From: Candidatus Eiseniibacteriota bacterium
GTDB lineage: Bacteria; Eisenbacteria; RBG-16-71-46
Reading direction: 5' to 3'
NCBI GenBank assembly: GCA_963717935.1
Contig: CAVQXP010000004.1
Location: 736,001-800,000 of the forward strand
DNA length: 64,000 bases
Positions 54,031-63,471 of this stretch are shown here, in pieces. A program made the position numbers and the translations under genes. Position 1 is the stretch's first letter. Every line of letters begins with the position of its first letter. The notes below the pieces were generated by a model, which made no database searches, was not told where the DNA came from, and saw only the letters and a program-made list of their open reading frames with translations.

Positions 54031-54298
54031 GCCGGCACCCCGGCTCAGTCCTCGGCCCCGCCGCGCGGTCGAGAGGCCGGCGGCCCCCCGGGCGTCGTCG
54101 TGAAGCGTCCCGGCGCCCTCCCGTCGGCTTCCACCATGGCTGGCGACTGTCCTGTCCTGCAGTCCATTGGGCGCATGGCCGGCGGCCCACTCGGATTTGC
54201 CTGTTGCAGAACGCGGCTGTGGTGCGTCTATATGGTGAAAGCGAAGGAACCAGCCTCGCCTGCAGTGAGGTCGGGCGTCCGACGGAAAGGGAGTCGTC

Positions 54299-57200
54299 AT
54301 GTACATGTGTCGTGCCGCGTTTCCAGCACTGCTGGCGTGTCTCACCTGCCTGGCGGGGGGTGTCACGGACACGGCCCGTGCCGCTCTGTCCGAACTGGGA
54401 GGCACGGGGATCCTCGAGTTGCAGAGCGCCGAGAGCAAGCGCCCGGCTCGCCTGGAGCTCGGCACCTCGGGCTCATACCAGCAACTCCGCCTGGGGGACT
54501 CGGCGAACACCAGGCTCAACGTCCTGCGGGCTGCGCTGAACACCGCCTTCGGCCTGCCCGGCGGATTCGAGATCTCGGGGACCGTGCCGGCTCTGTTCCA
54601 CTACACGAGTCTGAGCGTGACGGCCTCGCCCCTCGACGAAGAGCTCGACGTGAAGCTCGGCGACGTCTCCGGCCGCCTGCGCTGGACCGGCCCGCTCGCC
54701 GCACCTGGTCTGCGCTGGGGCTTCGAGGGCGAGGCGCTGTTCGCCACTGGCAGCGGCAACGAGGAGACCTATCCGGGCCGCGGCACCGTGAAGCCCTACA
54801 CGACCGGCAAGAACTCGTACTCGGCCCGCAGCATGCTCACTTGGGATGGACTGCGCGCGGGTTCCGGGGTGCCCTTGCGGCTGCACGCCAATGCGGCCTA
54901 CACGATGCAGCAGGACGAGGGGCGCTTTCTGATCCCGCGCGCGCCACTGCCACTGGAGTTGGGGGCGCCTGCCCGGACCCGCGACAACGATTTCCTCTCG
55001 TTGGGCGCGGCCATCGAAGTGGACTTGCCGCGGCTCACGCTCTTCGGTGAGGTCGTCACCGACCAGTTCGTCAACGAGCGCACGCTCCTCAAGGGGAAGG
55101 AGAACCGCATCGCCGTGACCCCCGGGCTGCGACTGTGGTTCCCCGGTGGCGTCACGCTGATGGGCGCCTACAGCATGAACCTCTCCGAAGACGACCAGGC
55201 GACGGCCTTCGATCCGGGTCGCGCCTTCGCGGACGACGAATGGCGGGTGGCGCTGTCATTCGGGACCGTCTATCGGGGCGCCCGTGCGCGCGCCGTGGTA
55301 GCGGCTCCCGCCCCGGTGCTGGAATCCGTCGTCGCAGTCGCGCCCGCGCTGACGGCCCCGGTGGGGCCCGCAACCCCCGACAGCGCGACTCTGGCGAAGC
55401 TCCGCAGGGAGCGGGAGATCGTGGAGCGACGCGATGTCCAGGACGAACCGCGCACGCCGAAGCTGGCTGCGGGTGTCGAGGCGCCGGCCCTCGAGGTGCC
55501 ATCCACGCCGCGGTCGCCGGGCGGACAGGGTGTGCGACTGCTCGACTCCGACCACGACGGGATTCCCGACAGCCAGGACCAGTGTCCGCTGCTCGCGGAG
55601 GACTTCGACGGGTTCCAGGACCTCGATGGCTGTCCCGACCTGGACAACGACCAGGACGGCATCATGGACATCCGGGACCAGTGTCCGAACGATCCCGAGA
55701 CCTTCAACGGGTTCTATGACCTCGATGGCTGTCCGGATGAGACGCCCATCCGCTGGATCGGACCACCACCGCCCGGCCGCTTGATGGCCCCGGGCCCGAT
55801 GGCTCCGCCGGATACGGCGGTGTCGGCTCGAATCCCGGCAGACACGTCGGTCGTCGTGCGGCGGCCGGTGGCAACGCTGCCGTCGGCGGCTCCGGTCGTG
55901 GCGCCTGCTCCGGTCAAGATCGCTGTGACGCCGGCTGCAGCCAGGCCCGACACGTCGCCGGCGCAGGCCGTCCCTCCGCGGGTTGTCGCGCCGGTGGCGG
56001 TCGCGCCGGTGGCGGTCGCGCCGGTGGCGGTCGCGCCGACAGCAGTTGCGCCGGTGGCGGTCGCGCCGACAGCAGTTGCGCCGGTGGCGGTCGCGCCGTC
56101 GGCAGTTGTGCCGGTGGCGGTCGCGCCGACAGCAGTTGCACCGTCGGCGGTCGCGCCGACAGCAGTTGCACCGTCGGCAGTTGCGCCGGTGGCGGTCGCG
56201 CCGGTGGCAGTTGCGCCGGTGGCGGTCGCGCCGTCGGCAGTTGTGCCGTCGGCAGTTGTGCCGTCGGCCGTTGTGCCGTCGGCCGTCGCGCCGGTGGCGG
56301 TCGCGCCGTCGGCAGTTGTGCCGTCGGCCGTCGCGCCGTCGGCAGTTGTGCCGGTGGCGGTCGCGCCGGCAGCCTGGTCGCCTGCAGACTCGCTTCGTCT
56401 GGCGCTGCAGTTCGAGCGCGCGCAGAGGAGGTCGCTGCAGGAGCGCCTGGCCCAGAGTGAGGCGGAGCGCCGCGATCTCGCGACGCGGGCGGTGGCGATG
56501 CCGCGGCTGGAGGCGGTCCCCGAGAGCATCGGTCCGGCGCCCGTGGTCAAGTCCTCGGCGAGCCGCAACGAGTTGCGCACGGGGCTCGACGAGGCGGTGC
56601 GACAGAACGCCGAACTGCGGGCGCGGGTCCGTGACCTCGAGTTGCGCCAGGACCGGGTCCTCCAGGGGCAGACCCCGCACATCGCGCCCGTGAACGTCCC
56701 GGCCGGGCCGACGCTCGTCACGACGCCTGCGGCGGGCGCGAATGCGGACGTGGCGGCGCGTCTGGCGGCGCTGGAGAAGGAACTGAGTGACCTTCGCGGG
56801 TCTTCTGGACTGCGCGAGGCTCGGACCGCCACGACCGACTCTGCGGGTCGCGCGGCGGCGGCAAGACTCGTGGACATCGAAGCACGCCTGACCGAGTTGC
56901 GGACGACGGCCGCGGCGGTGGCCCCGCCGCCGACCAAGACGGCGCAGGCCCTGGACGTCCTGCTGCCAACCGGCGTCGCGCGGGTCTTTCCCGAGATCGA
57001 GTTCCGCTCGGGCAGCGCGCAGGTCGTGCCTGACGCGGCCGGTGTGATCGTCAGTATCGCGGACGCGCTCCGCGAGGTCCCGGAGGCGCGCCTGCGTGTC
57101 GTCGGGTACACGGACAACGTCGGCGACGCGGCCCGGAACCTGGCGCTGTCGCGCGCGCGCGCGCAGGCGGTGGCGAACACGCTGATCGAAGAGGGCGTGG

Positions 57201-57313
57201 ACCGCGATCGGTTGACGGTGGAAGGGCGTGGAGAGGAGGCGCCGGTCGCCTCCAACCGCGTGGAGGCAGGCCGCCGTCTCAACCGCCGTGTTGAATTCGT
57301 GAGGATCCGATGA
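54299..57313 (+). CDS. Large OmpA-family protein: beta-barrel, TSP3 repeats, pentapeptide repeat, coiled coil, OmpA C-terminal domain
   Basis: RBS AAGGGAG; signal peptide; DSDHDGIPDSQDQCP..EDFDGFQDLDGCPD; VGYTDNVG, LSRARA and NRRVEF. Confidence 0.88.
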   Translation: MYMCRAAFPALLACLTCLAGGVTDTARAALSELGGTGILELQSAESKRPARLELGTSGSYQQLRLGDSANTRLNVLRAALNTAFGLPGGFEISGTVPALFHYTSLSVTASPLDEELDVKLGDVSGRLRWTGPLAAPGLRWGFEGEALFATGSGNEETYPGRGTVKPYTTGKNSYSARSMLTWDGLRAGSGVPLRLHANAAYTMQQDEGRFLIPRAPLPLELGAPARTRDNDFLSLGAAIEVDLPRLTLFGEVVTDQFVNERTLLKGKENRIAVTPGLRLWFPGGVTLMGAYSMNLSEDDQATAFDPGRAFADDEWRVALSFGTVYRGARARAVVAAPAPVLESVVAVAPALTAPVGPATPDSATLAKLRREREIVERRDVQDEPRTPKLAAGVEAPALEVPSTPRSPGGQGVRLLDSDHDGIPDSQDQCPLLAEDFDGFQDLDGCPDLDNDQDGIMDIRDQCPNDPETFNGFYDLDGCPDETPIRWIGPPPPGRLMAPGPMAPPDTAVSARIPADTSVVVRRPVATLPSAAPVVAPAPVKIAVTPAAARPDTSPAQAVPPRVVAPVAVAPVAVAPVAVAPTAVAPVAVAPTAVAPVAVAPSAVVPVAVAPTAVAPSAVAPTAVAPSAVAPVAVAPVAVAPVAVAPSAVVPSAVVPSAVVPSAVAPVAVAPSAVVPSAVAPSAVVPVAVAPAAWSPADSLRLALQFERAQRRSLQERLAQSEAERRDLATRAVAMPRLEAVPESIGPAPVVKSSASRNELRTGLDEAVRQNAELRARVRDLELRQDRVLQGQTPHIAPVNVPAGPTLVTTPAAGANADVAARLAALEKELSDLRGSSGLREARTATTDSAGRAAAARLVDIEARLTELRTTAAAVAPPPTKTAQALDVLLPTGVARVFPEIEFRSGSAQVVPDAAGVIVSIADALREVPEARLRVVGYTDNVGDAARNLALSRARAQAVANTLIEEGVDRDRLTVEGRGEEAPVASNRVEAGRRLNRRVEFVRIR
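55985..56374 (+). repeat. 26 x 15-bp tandem repeat encoding V-[A/V]-P-[V/T/S/A]-A
   Basis: Unit GTCGCGCCGGTGGCG and variants, 390 bp, in frame. Confidence 0.95.
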
Positions 57314-57327
57314 GGAGGAGGCTCCGT

Positions 57328-57840
57328 ATGATCGGGAACAGGTGGGTCGCTCTCTCGCTCGGCGTGGTCTTCGCCTGGGGCGTGTGCGCGGCCGGACCGG
57401 CTTCGGCCGGGGCGTCCTCGGGGCGCGTGGCCGTCGGGGTGGAGGCGGGACTGCCGCTCGTCCTGGGTGTGGATGCGTCGTACCGCCTGGATGGTCCGTG
57501 GCGGCTGGGTATGGGCATCGGGAAGCTTGGTGGGCTCACGGCGCTCCGGGCCGAGGCCCGTCTGCTCATGCGACGGGAAGAGCCGGAACGGCTGGTGCCC
57601 TGCCTGATCCTGGGGGCTGAGCAGTATTTCCTCAAGGACGGGCAGCGGGACGCGACCCCGGTCGGCATTCACTTCGCGTTAGGGCTGGACTACCGCTTTG
57701 AGTCCCCGGTCTCGGTGGGGGCCCGCATCGGTGGCCTGAAGACCTTCGGTTCCTCGGGCGGCGGTGACGTACGGGTGTTCTCCGTGGAGAACGGCTACAA
57801 GAGCGGGCTCTTCAACCTTGGAGTGCGCTACCACTTCTAA
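57328..57840 (+). CDS. Small outer-membrane beta-barrel protein
   Basis: RBS GAGGAGGAG; signal peptide; C-terminal FNLGVRYHF Bam-type signal. Confidence 0.75.
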   Translation: MIGNRWVALSLGVVFAWGVCAAGPASAGASSGRVAVGVEAGLPLVLGVDASYRLDGPWRLGMGIGKLGGLTALRAEARLLMRREEPERLVPCLILGAEQYFLKDGQRDATPVGIHFALGLDYRFESPVSVGARIGGLKTFGSSGGGDVRVFSVENGYKSGLFNLGVRYHF

Positions 57841-57876
57841 GATGAACCGCCCGCAGCGATGTGAGGGGGGGGTGAC

Positions 57877-58272
57877 ATGAGCATGATCGATGCGTGCCTG
57901 GTCGTCATCGCCGTATCAGCGGGAGCATTCGCGCTGGCCGTATGGATCGCGCTCGTTCACACCCTGCCGCTGCTGAAGCGGCTCGGGTTCCTGGCGGCGG
58001 ATGCGGCCACGACCCTGCAGCGGCTGAATGGCATCGCCGCGGATCTGGAGGGCCTGGTCCGTGACGCCCGGCGCCTCGAGAAACGGGTGTCGAACACCGC
58101 GGGCGTGCTGCTCGACCAGGTCGAGCCGCCCTTGCGGCTGGTCTCCGCTCTGCTGGCGGGGACCCGAACGGGGCTCGGCTCGCTCCTGGGCTCGTGGGGC
58201 TCGTGGGGACTGCGGGGTGTCACAGATGGAAGAAGAAGCGCAGACAAAGGGACGGAAAGGAGCACACGATGA
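57877..58272 (+). CDS. DUF948/YtxG-like membrane-anchored coiled-coil protein
   Basis: N-terminal TM followed by an amphipathic helix; immediately upstream of a YtxH-like gene. Confidence 0.6.
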   Translation: MSMIDACLVVIAVSAGAFALAVWIALVHTLPLLKRLGFLAADAATTLQRLNGIAADLEGLVRDARRLEKRVSNTAGVLLDQVEPPLRLVSALLAGTRTGLGSLLGSWGSWGLRGVTDGRRSADKGTERSTR

Positions 58273-58529
58273 GTGACGATCGGAGCGTGGAGACGGTGCT
58301 GGCCTTCGGGGCCGGTCTCGTGGTGGGAGTGGCGGCGGCTTTGCTCATGGCGCCGGCGACGGGGGCGGAGACGCGCCGCCGGATCTCGGATCTCGGACAG
58401 ACGGCGGCGGATCGCGCAGGCGAGGGCATGCAGTCCGCAAAGGAGTTCGCCGCGGAGCAGGCGCAGCGGATCGGCCAGGCGGTCCGCGAGGGCAAGGAGG
58501 CGTACAAGAAGGAGATCGCAAAAGAGTGA
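58269..58529 (+). CDS. YtxH domain protein
   Basis: FGAGLVVGVAAALLMAPATGAETRRRI; RBS AAGGAG; ATGA overlap. Confidence 0.88.
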   Translation: MSDDRSVETVLAFGAGLVVGVAAALLMAPATGAETRRRISDLGQTAADRAGEGMQSAKEFAAEQAQRIGQAVREGKEAYKKEIAKE

Positions 58530-58763
58530 GAAGAAGCGGGGGGCGCCGGTGCCGGCGGCTGAGAGCCTGGCAGACCGGGCCGGCCGCTCCCCTCCGGTTC
58601 TGCCGCTCGCCAGGCGGCAGTGTGGCGAACCGCGGCGGCCCTCATGGGCTCCGCGGTCATCCCACGCTCAGCACGTCCACCGGTCCACCCGTCCACTGGA
58701 GTCAGGTTCGTTGGACGGCTGCCTGCCCGACGATCTCGTTGCCCCGGGGCGCTCCGCGCCCGG

Positions 58764-59484
58764 TCAGCGGCTGGACGGGAATCGGTGGCGGGTCTTCACC
58801 GCGAGCGCGACCCCTTCGCGCCGTAACTTCTCGAGCAGGTTGGGTGTCCACCAGAGTGGGCCCCCTTCCGGCTGGCAGTAGATTGGCACCAGCACCCCGC
58901 CGAACTGGCGCTTGTAGACGGGTCGAGCCGCCCAGGTTCATCCAGTTGTGCCTGTCCAGCCGGGCCCGTCGCACCAACTCCCACCACACCTGCGAGTTCG
59001 TGCCCGCCTTCATGGCTTGCTCGCTGGAGCCGCTGGCCCTGCCGTCGACCATGCCGCCCGGATACCGCCCCAGGCCTAGTCCCGCGACCACGGCCCCGTC
59101 CTTGACGCCGACCAGCAGCCAGTGCCACGGCAGCCCCCACCCGCGCGCCGCCTCCGGGCCACCGTACTGCCCGGGGCGCACTCCGTGCCGGCGCCAGGGG
59201 GCCCCGCTCACCAGCTCCGGTCCGACCTCGCGCAGCACCATGGCGCCGCGGCGCGAGCCTTCGTCGATCAGCACCGCGTGGCTTGCTTCCCCATGCGCGG
59301 CATGGTGGGCGAGGTAGTCCAGCGACAGGGTGAAGTTGGCGTGCGGCGTGCGCGACAGGCGATCACGCCAGGCTTCGGCGAATGCCGGGTCCGGCGGGGG
59401 GACGCGGACGTCGCCGGAGCCGTCGGAGGTGCGCGGTCCCGCGGGCGCGGCCGAGAACGACTGTCTTCGGATGTTCGAACCCAT
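58764..59484 (-). CDS. FemAB/GNAT-like acyltransferase, short (frameshift near 58920; possibly a partly deleted remnant)
   Basis: SGSS...KAGTNSQVWWELVRRA..WMNLGGST then, in the corrected frame, YKRQFGG; the central part of the typical fold appears absent. Confidence 0.5.
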
Positions 59485-59487
59485 GAG

Positions 59488-59697
59488 CTAGCCTACGACC
59501 TCGTTCCCGTCGTCGTCCTCGACGACGATGGCGCTGCACGGGCAGGCCTCGGCAGCCTCGATCAGAAGCTCGAGACTCGCAGCCTCGTCGTCGATCACGA
59601 CGACCTTGTTCTTGCTGTCGAGCGCGAAGACCGCGGGCGCGATCTCCACGCACTCGGCGTTGCCACAGCATGCGCCGTGACGGATGCGGACCTGCAT
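59488..59697 (-). CDS. Single-cluster ferredoxin
   Basis: CCGNAECVEIAP.VF...AAEACPCSAI; RBS AGGAGG; upstream TTTACG-17 nt-TAGAGT at 59758-59786. Confidence 0.9.
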   Translation of the reverse strand: MQVRIRHGACCGNAECVEIAPAVFALDSKNKVVVIDDEAASLELLIEAAEACPCSAIVVEDDDGNEVVG

Positions 59698-59945
59698 GGG
59701 GAGCCTGGCACCTCCTGTCGGGCGCAGGGCCTCGGGAGCCCCGTGCTCGCGAGCGCGACTCTAGCCACATCCGGCGCGGGCGTAAAGGATGGCGTGCGCC
59801 AGCCGCCCGCGTTCCCGCCTCCGCCTGTCGCCGACGGAGCCGTGCCGGTCGCGCCGGTCGCATGACGCGGACCGCCGCGCGGACCCGTGTGCTAGAGTCG
59901 CGGCGAGCCCGGGCCCACGCCCCATCCCTGCCACCGGAGTTCGCC

Positions 59946-61316
59946 ATGGACGCCCTGACGCAGTATCTGGAGAGCCACCAGGAGCGGTTTCTCGAGGACC
60001 TCAAGGCCGTGCTGCGCATCCCGAGCGTGAGCACGGAGCCCCGGTACAAGGAGGACGTGCTGCGCTGCGCGCGGCACGTGGCCGACGACCTGCGGAAGGC
60101 CGGTATGACGCGCGTCGAGATCGTGCCGACCGCGGGCCACCCGGTGGTCTACGCGGAGTGGCTGGGCGCTCCGGGCAAGCCCACGGCCCTGCTCTACGGG
60201 CACTACGACGTGCAGCCGGTGGACCCGCTCGAGCTGTGGCAGACGCCGCCCTTCGAGCCCACGCTGCGCGATGGAAAGCTCTACGCGCGCGGCGCCTGCG
60301 ACGACAAGGGCCAGGTCTACATGCACGTCGCCGCCATCCAGGCGCACCTGAAGGTGAACGGGAAGCTGCCCATCAACCTCAAGTGCGTCATCGAGGGCGA
60401 GGAGGAGGCGGGCAGCGGCAACCTCGAGAAGTTCCTGCGCGACTGGCGCAAGCAGCTCGACGCCGACGTCATCGTGGTGAGCGACACGGGCATGCTCGGT
60501 CCCGACCAGCCGGCGCTGTGTTACGGCCTGCGCGGCCTGCTCTACACGCAGATCGACGTCACCGGCCCGACGCGCGACCTGCACTCGGGCGAGTTCGGCG
60601 GCGCGGTGCAGAACCCGGCCAACGCCCTGTGCTCGATCATCGCCGCGCTCAAGGACGGCGACGGGCACATCACCGTGCCGGGCTTCTACGACCGGGTGAA
60701 GCCGCTGACGCGGGCCGAGCGCGACGTCCTCGGGCGGGTGCCGTTCGACGAGGCGGGCTTCATCCGCGAGGCCGGCTCGCCGGTGGCGTTCGGCGAGAAG
60801 GGCTACACGACGCTCGAACGGGTCTGGGTGCGCCCGACCTGCGACGTGAACGGCCTGGTGAGCGGCTACATCGGCGAGGGGGCGAAGACCGTGCTGCCCT
60901 CGCTCGCGTCGGCCAAGGTGAGCATGCGGCTCGTGCCCGACCAGGACCCGAAGGACCTGTTCGTGCGCTTCGAGGCCCACGTGAGGAAGCTCGCGCCTCC
61001 GGGGGTGACGCTCAAGGTCCACGATCTGCACGCGGCGCCGCCCTTCATGACGGACTTCGACCACCCCATGCTGCAGGCCGCGGTGCGGGCGCTGGCGCGC
61101 TCGTGGCCCAGGCCGCCGGCGATGATCCGCGAGGGTGGCTCGATCCCGGTGATGGCGATCTTCAAGGAGACGCACGGCCTGCCCAGCATCCTCATGGGCT
61201 TCGGGCTCGCCGACGACAATCTCCACGCCCCGAACGAGAAGTACAACCTCACGTCGTTCCACGGCGGCACGAAGAGCTGTGCCTACCTCTACGAGGAGCT
61301 GGCGAAGGGCGCCTGA
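59946..61316 (+). CDS. M20 family dipeptidase / amidohydrolase
   Basis: YGHYDVQP, ARGACDDKGQ, EGEEEAGS, DLHSG, GGSIP and HAPNEK. Confidence 0.93.
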   Translation: MDALTQYLESHQERFLEDLKAVLRIPSVSTEPRYKEDVLRCARHVADDLRKAGMTRVEIVPTAGHPVVYAEWLGAPGKPTALLYGHYDVQPVDPLELWQTPPFEPTLRDGKLYARGACDDKGQVYMHVAAIQAHLKVNGKLPINLKCVIEGEEEAGSGNLEKFLRDWRKQLDADVIVVSDTGMLGPDQPALCYGLRGLLYTQIDVTGPTRDLHSGEFGGAVQNPANALCSIIAALKDGDGHITVPGFYDRVKPLTRAERDVLGRVPFDEAGFIREAGSPVAFGEKGYTTLERVWVRPTCDVNGLVSGYIGEGAKTVLPSLASAKVSMRLVPDQDPKDLFVRFEAHVRKLAPPGVTLKVHDLHAAPPFMTDFDHPMLQAAVRALARSWPRPPAMIREGGSIPVMAIFKETHGLPSILMGFGLADDNLHAPNEKYNLTSFHGGTKSCAYLYEELAKGA

Positions 61317-61324
61317 AAGGGGCG

Positions 61325-63391
61325 ATGACCCCCGAGATCCCGGTTCTGCGCGAGTTGCTCCTGCTCGCCGGCGCGTCGCTCGCGGTGGTGCTGCTGTTCC
61401 GCCGGCTGCGGCTGCCGGCCACGGTGGGCTTCATCGTGACCGGCATCCTCATCGGTCCGGGCGGCTTCGCGCTGGTCCACGACCCGGAGCTGGTGCGCAC
61501 GCTGGCCGAGTTCGGCGTCGTCGTCCTGCTCTTCACGGTGGGGCTCGAGTTCTCCTTCGCCGACCTCAGGCGCCTGGGCCGGCGCGCGCTGGTGGGGGGC
61601 GCGCTGCAGGTCCTGCTCACCGTCCTGCTGGTGGCGGCCGCACTCGTGTTCGACGGACGGCACCCGGCCCGCGCCCTGTTCCTCGGCATGCTGGTCTCGC
61701 TCTCGAGCACGGCCCTGGTGCTCAAGCTGCTCACCGACCGCATCGAGCTGCAGTCGCCGCACGGCCGCACGACGACCGGCGTGCTGCTCTTCCAGGACCT
61801 CGCCGCGGTGCCGTTCCTGCTCCTGTTGGTGCCGCTCGGGCGCTGGGCGCGCGGCGAGCGCTTCACCGCGGCCGAGCTGACCGCGGCGCTGCCCGGCGTG
61901 CTGGTGGTCCTGGCGGTGGCGGCGTTCGTGTTCCTGTTCGCGCGCCGCGCCATCCCCTGGCTGCTCGGGCGCGCCTCGCGCTCGGGCTCGCGCGAGGCGT
62001 TCCTGTTCGGCATCCTGCTCGTGGTGCTGGGGAGCGCCTCGCTCGCCTCGCGCGCGGGCGGATCGCTCGCGGTCGGCGCCTTCCTCGCGGGCCTCATGCT
62101 CGCGGGCTCCGAGCTGCGCGATCTGATCGCCGCCGACCTGCTGCCGCTGCGCGACACCCTGGCCAGCGTCTTCTTCATCGCGGTGGGCATGTCCTTCGAC
62201 CCGGCGATCGTGCTCGCGCGTCCCGGCCTGGTCGCGCTGAGCACCGCGGGGCTCGTGTTCGTCAAGCTGGTGGTGACTTTCCTCGCGCTGCGCGCGAGCG
62301 GCGCCCCCGCGCGGGTCTCGTTCGCCGCGGCCCTCGCGCTGGCGCAGATCGGCGAGTTCTCCTTCGTGCTCGCCCAGGCGGGCCGGCCGCTCGGGCTGCT
62401 GGGCGAGAGCGGCTCGCAGGCCTTCTTCGCGGGCGCGGTGTTCTCGCTGCTCCTCACGCCGTTCGTGGTGCCGCTGGCGCCCGCCTGGGCGCTCGCGCTG
62501 GACCGCGTGCTGCCGGGCCGGCGCCGGGCCGGGCCGGCGGAGGAGGAGACGGGGGGCGAGGCTCTGCCGGAGACCCTCGCGGGCCCGATGCCCGGCGTGC
62601 CCCGGCGCCCGCAGGCGAACCACGTCGTCATCGCGGGGTTCGGTCTGAACGGGCAGAACGTCGCGCGCGTGCTGCGCTCGGTGCGCCTGCCGCACCTGGT
62701 CGTGGACCTGAACCCGGACGCCGTGGCGCTGGGACACGGGCAGGGCAGCCCCGTGCTGGTCGGCGACATCGGCAACGCGCTCATCCAGCGCCAGGCCGGC
62801 GTGCCGCACGCCCGGGTGATGGTGCTCGCGCTGAGCGACCCGACCGCCACGCGCCACGCCTGCCACATGGCGCGCTCGCTCTCGAGCGAGGTGTTCATCA
62901 TCGTGCGCACGCGTTACGTGGACGAGATCGATCAGCTCTACGCCGCCGGCGCGAACCAGGTCATCCCCGAGGAGTTCGAGACCTCGATCGAGATCTTCAC
63001 CGCGGTGATGCGCGAGCTGCACGTGCCCACGAACGTCGTCCAGGCGCAGATCACCCTGCTGCGGCAGGAGCGCTACAGCCTGCTGCGCGGCCGGCGGTTG
63101 CAGGGCGCCATCCTCGATCAGCTGCCGACCATCCTGCTCGAGCGCACCACCGACACCTTCCTGCTGCTGCAGGAGTCGCCCGCGGTGGGCCGGAGCGTGG
63201 CCGAGGCGGGCCTGGGCGTCGAGGGCGAGGCGCGGCTCGTGGCGATCGTGCGCGGCGGCCGGCCCCTGACCACCGTCGAGCATGATTTCCGCCTGCGCGT
63301 CGGCGACACGCTGGTCGTGACCGGCACGCACGCCGAGGTGGATCGCGTCTTCGAACGGCTGCGTCCGCCGATGGACTCCGGTCCGCTCTGA
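61325..63391 (+). CDS. CPA2 cation:proton antiporter (Kef-like) with TrkA-N and TrkA-C domains
   Basis: LAEFGVVVLLFTVGLEF, SLSSTALV, LLFQDL, GAFLAG, QIGEFSFVL, IAGFGLNG and LRVGDTLVVTG. Confidence 0.93.
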   Translation: MTPEIPVLRELLLLAGASLAVVLLFRRLRLPATVGFIVTGILIGPGGFALVHDPELVRTLAEFGVVVLLFTVGLEFSFADLRRLGRRALVGGALQVLLTVLLVAAALVFDGRHPARALFLGMLVSLSSTALVLKLLTDRIELQSPHGRTTTGVLLFQDLAAVPFLLLLVPLGRWARGERFTAAELTAALPGVLVVLAVAAFVFLFARRAIPWLLGRASRSGSREAFLFGILLVVLGSASLASRAGGSLAVGAFLAGLMLAGSELRDLIAADLLPLRDTLASVFFIAVGMSFDPAIVLARPGLVALSTAGLVFVKLVVTFLALRASGAPARVSFAAALALAQIGEFSFVLAQAGRPLGLLGESGSQAFFAGAVFSLLLTPFVVPLAPAWALALDRVLPGRRRAGPAEEETGGEALPETLAGPMPGVPRRPQANHVVIAGFGLNGQNVARVLRSVRLPHLVVDLNPDAVALGHGQGSPVLVGDIGNALIQRQAGVPHARVMVLALSDPTATRHACHMARSLSSEVFIIVRTRYVDEIDQLYAAGANQVIPEEFETSIEIFTAVMRELHVPTNVVQAQITLLRQERYSLLRGRRLQGAILDQLPTILLERTTDTFLLLQESPAVGRSVAEAGLGVEGEARLVAIVRGGRPLTTVEHDFRLRVGDTLVVTGTHAEVDRVFERLRPPMDSGPL

Positions 63392-63471
63392 GGCGCGGCG
63401 GGTCGCGGGCGCCCGCGACCCGCCGCTGCTATCATGATGTCGTGAGTCACCCGGCCGAGACGGTGAGACCC

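Noticed and set aside
55985..56374. Tandem array as a possible CRISPR
   Set aside because: 15-bp units abut with no unique spacers, lie in frame inside a CDS, and no cas genes are present.
59789..61324. 1200-aa antiporter with a large N-terminal domain
   Set aside because: The extension is an off-frame shadow of the M20 peptidase gene; the antiporter starts at 61325.
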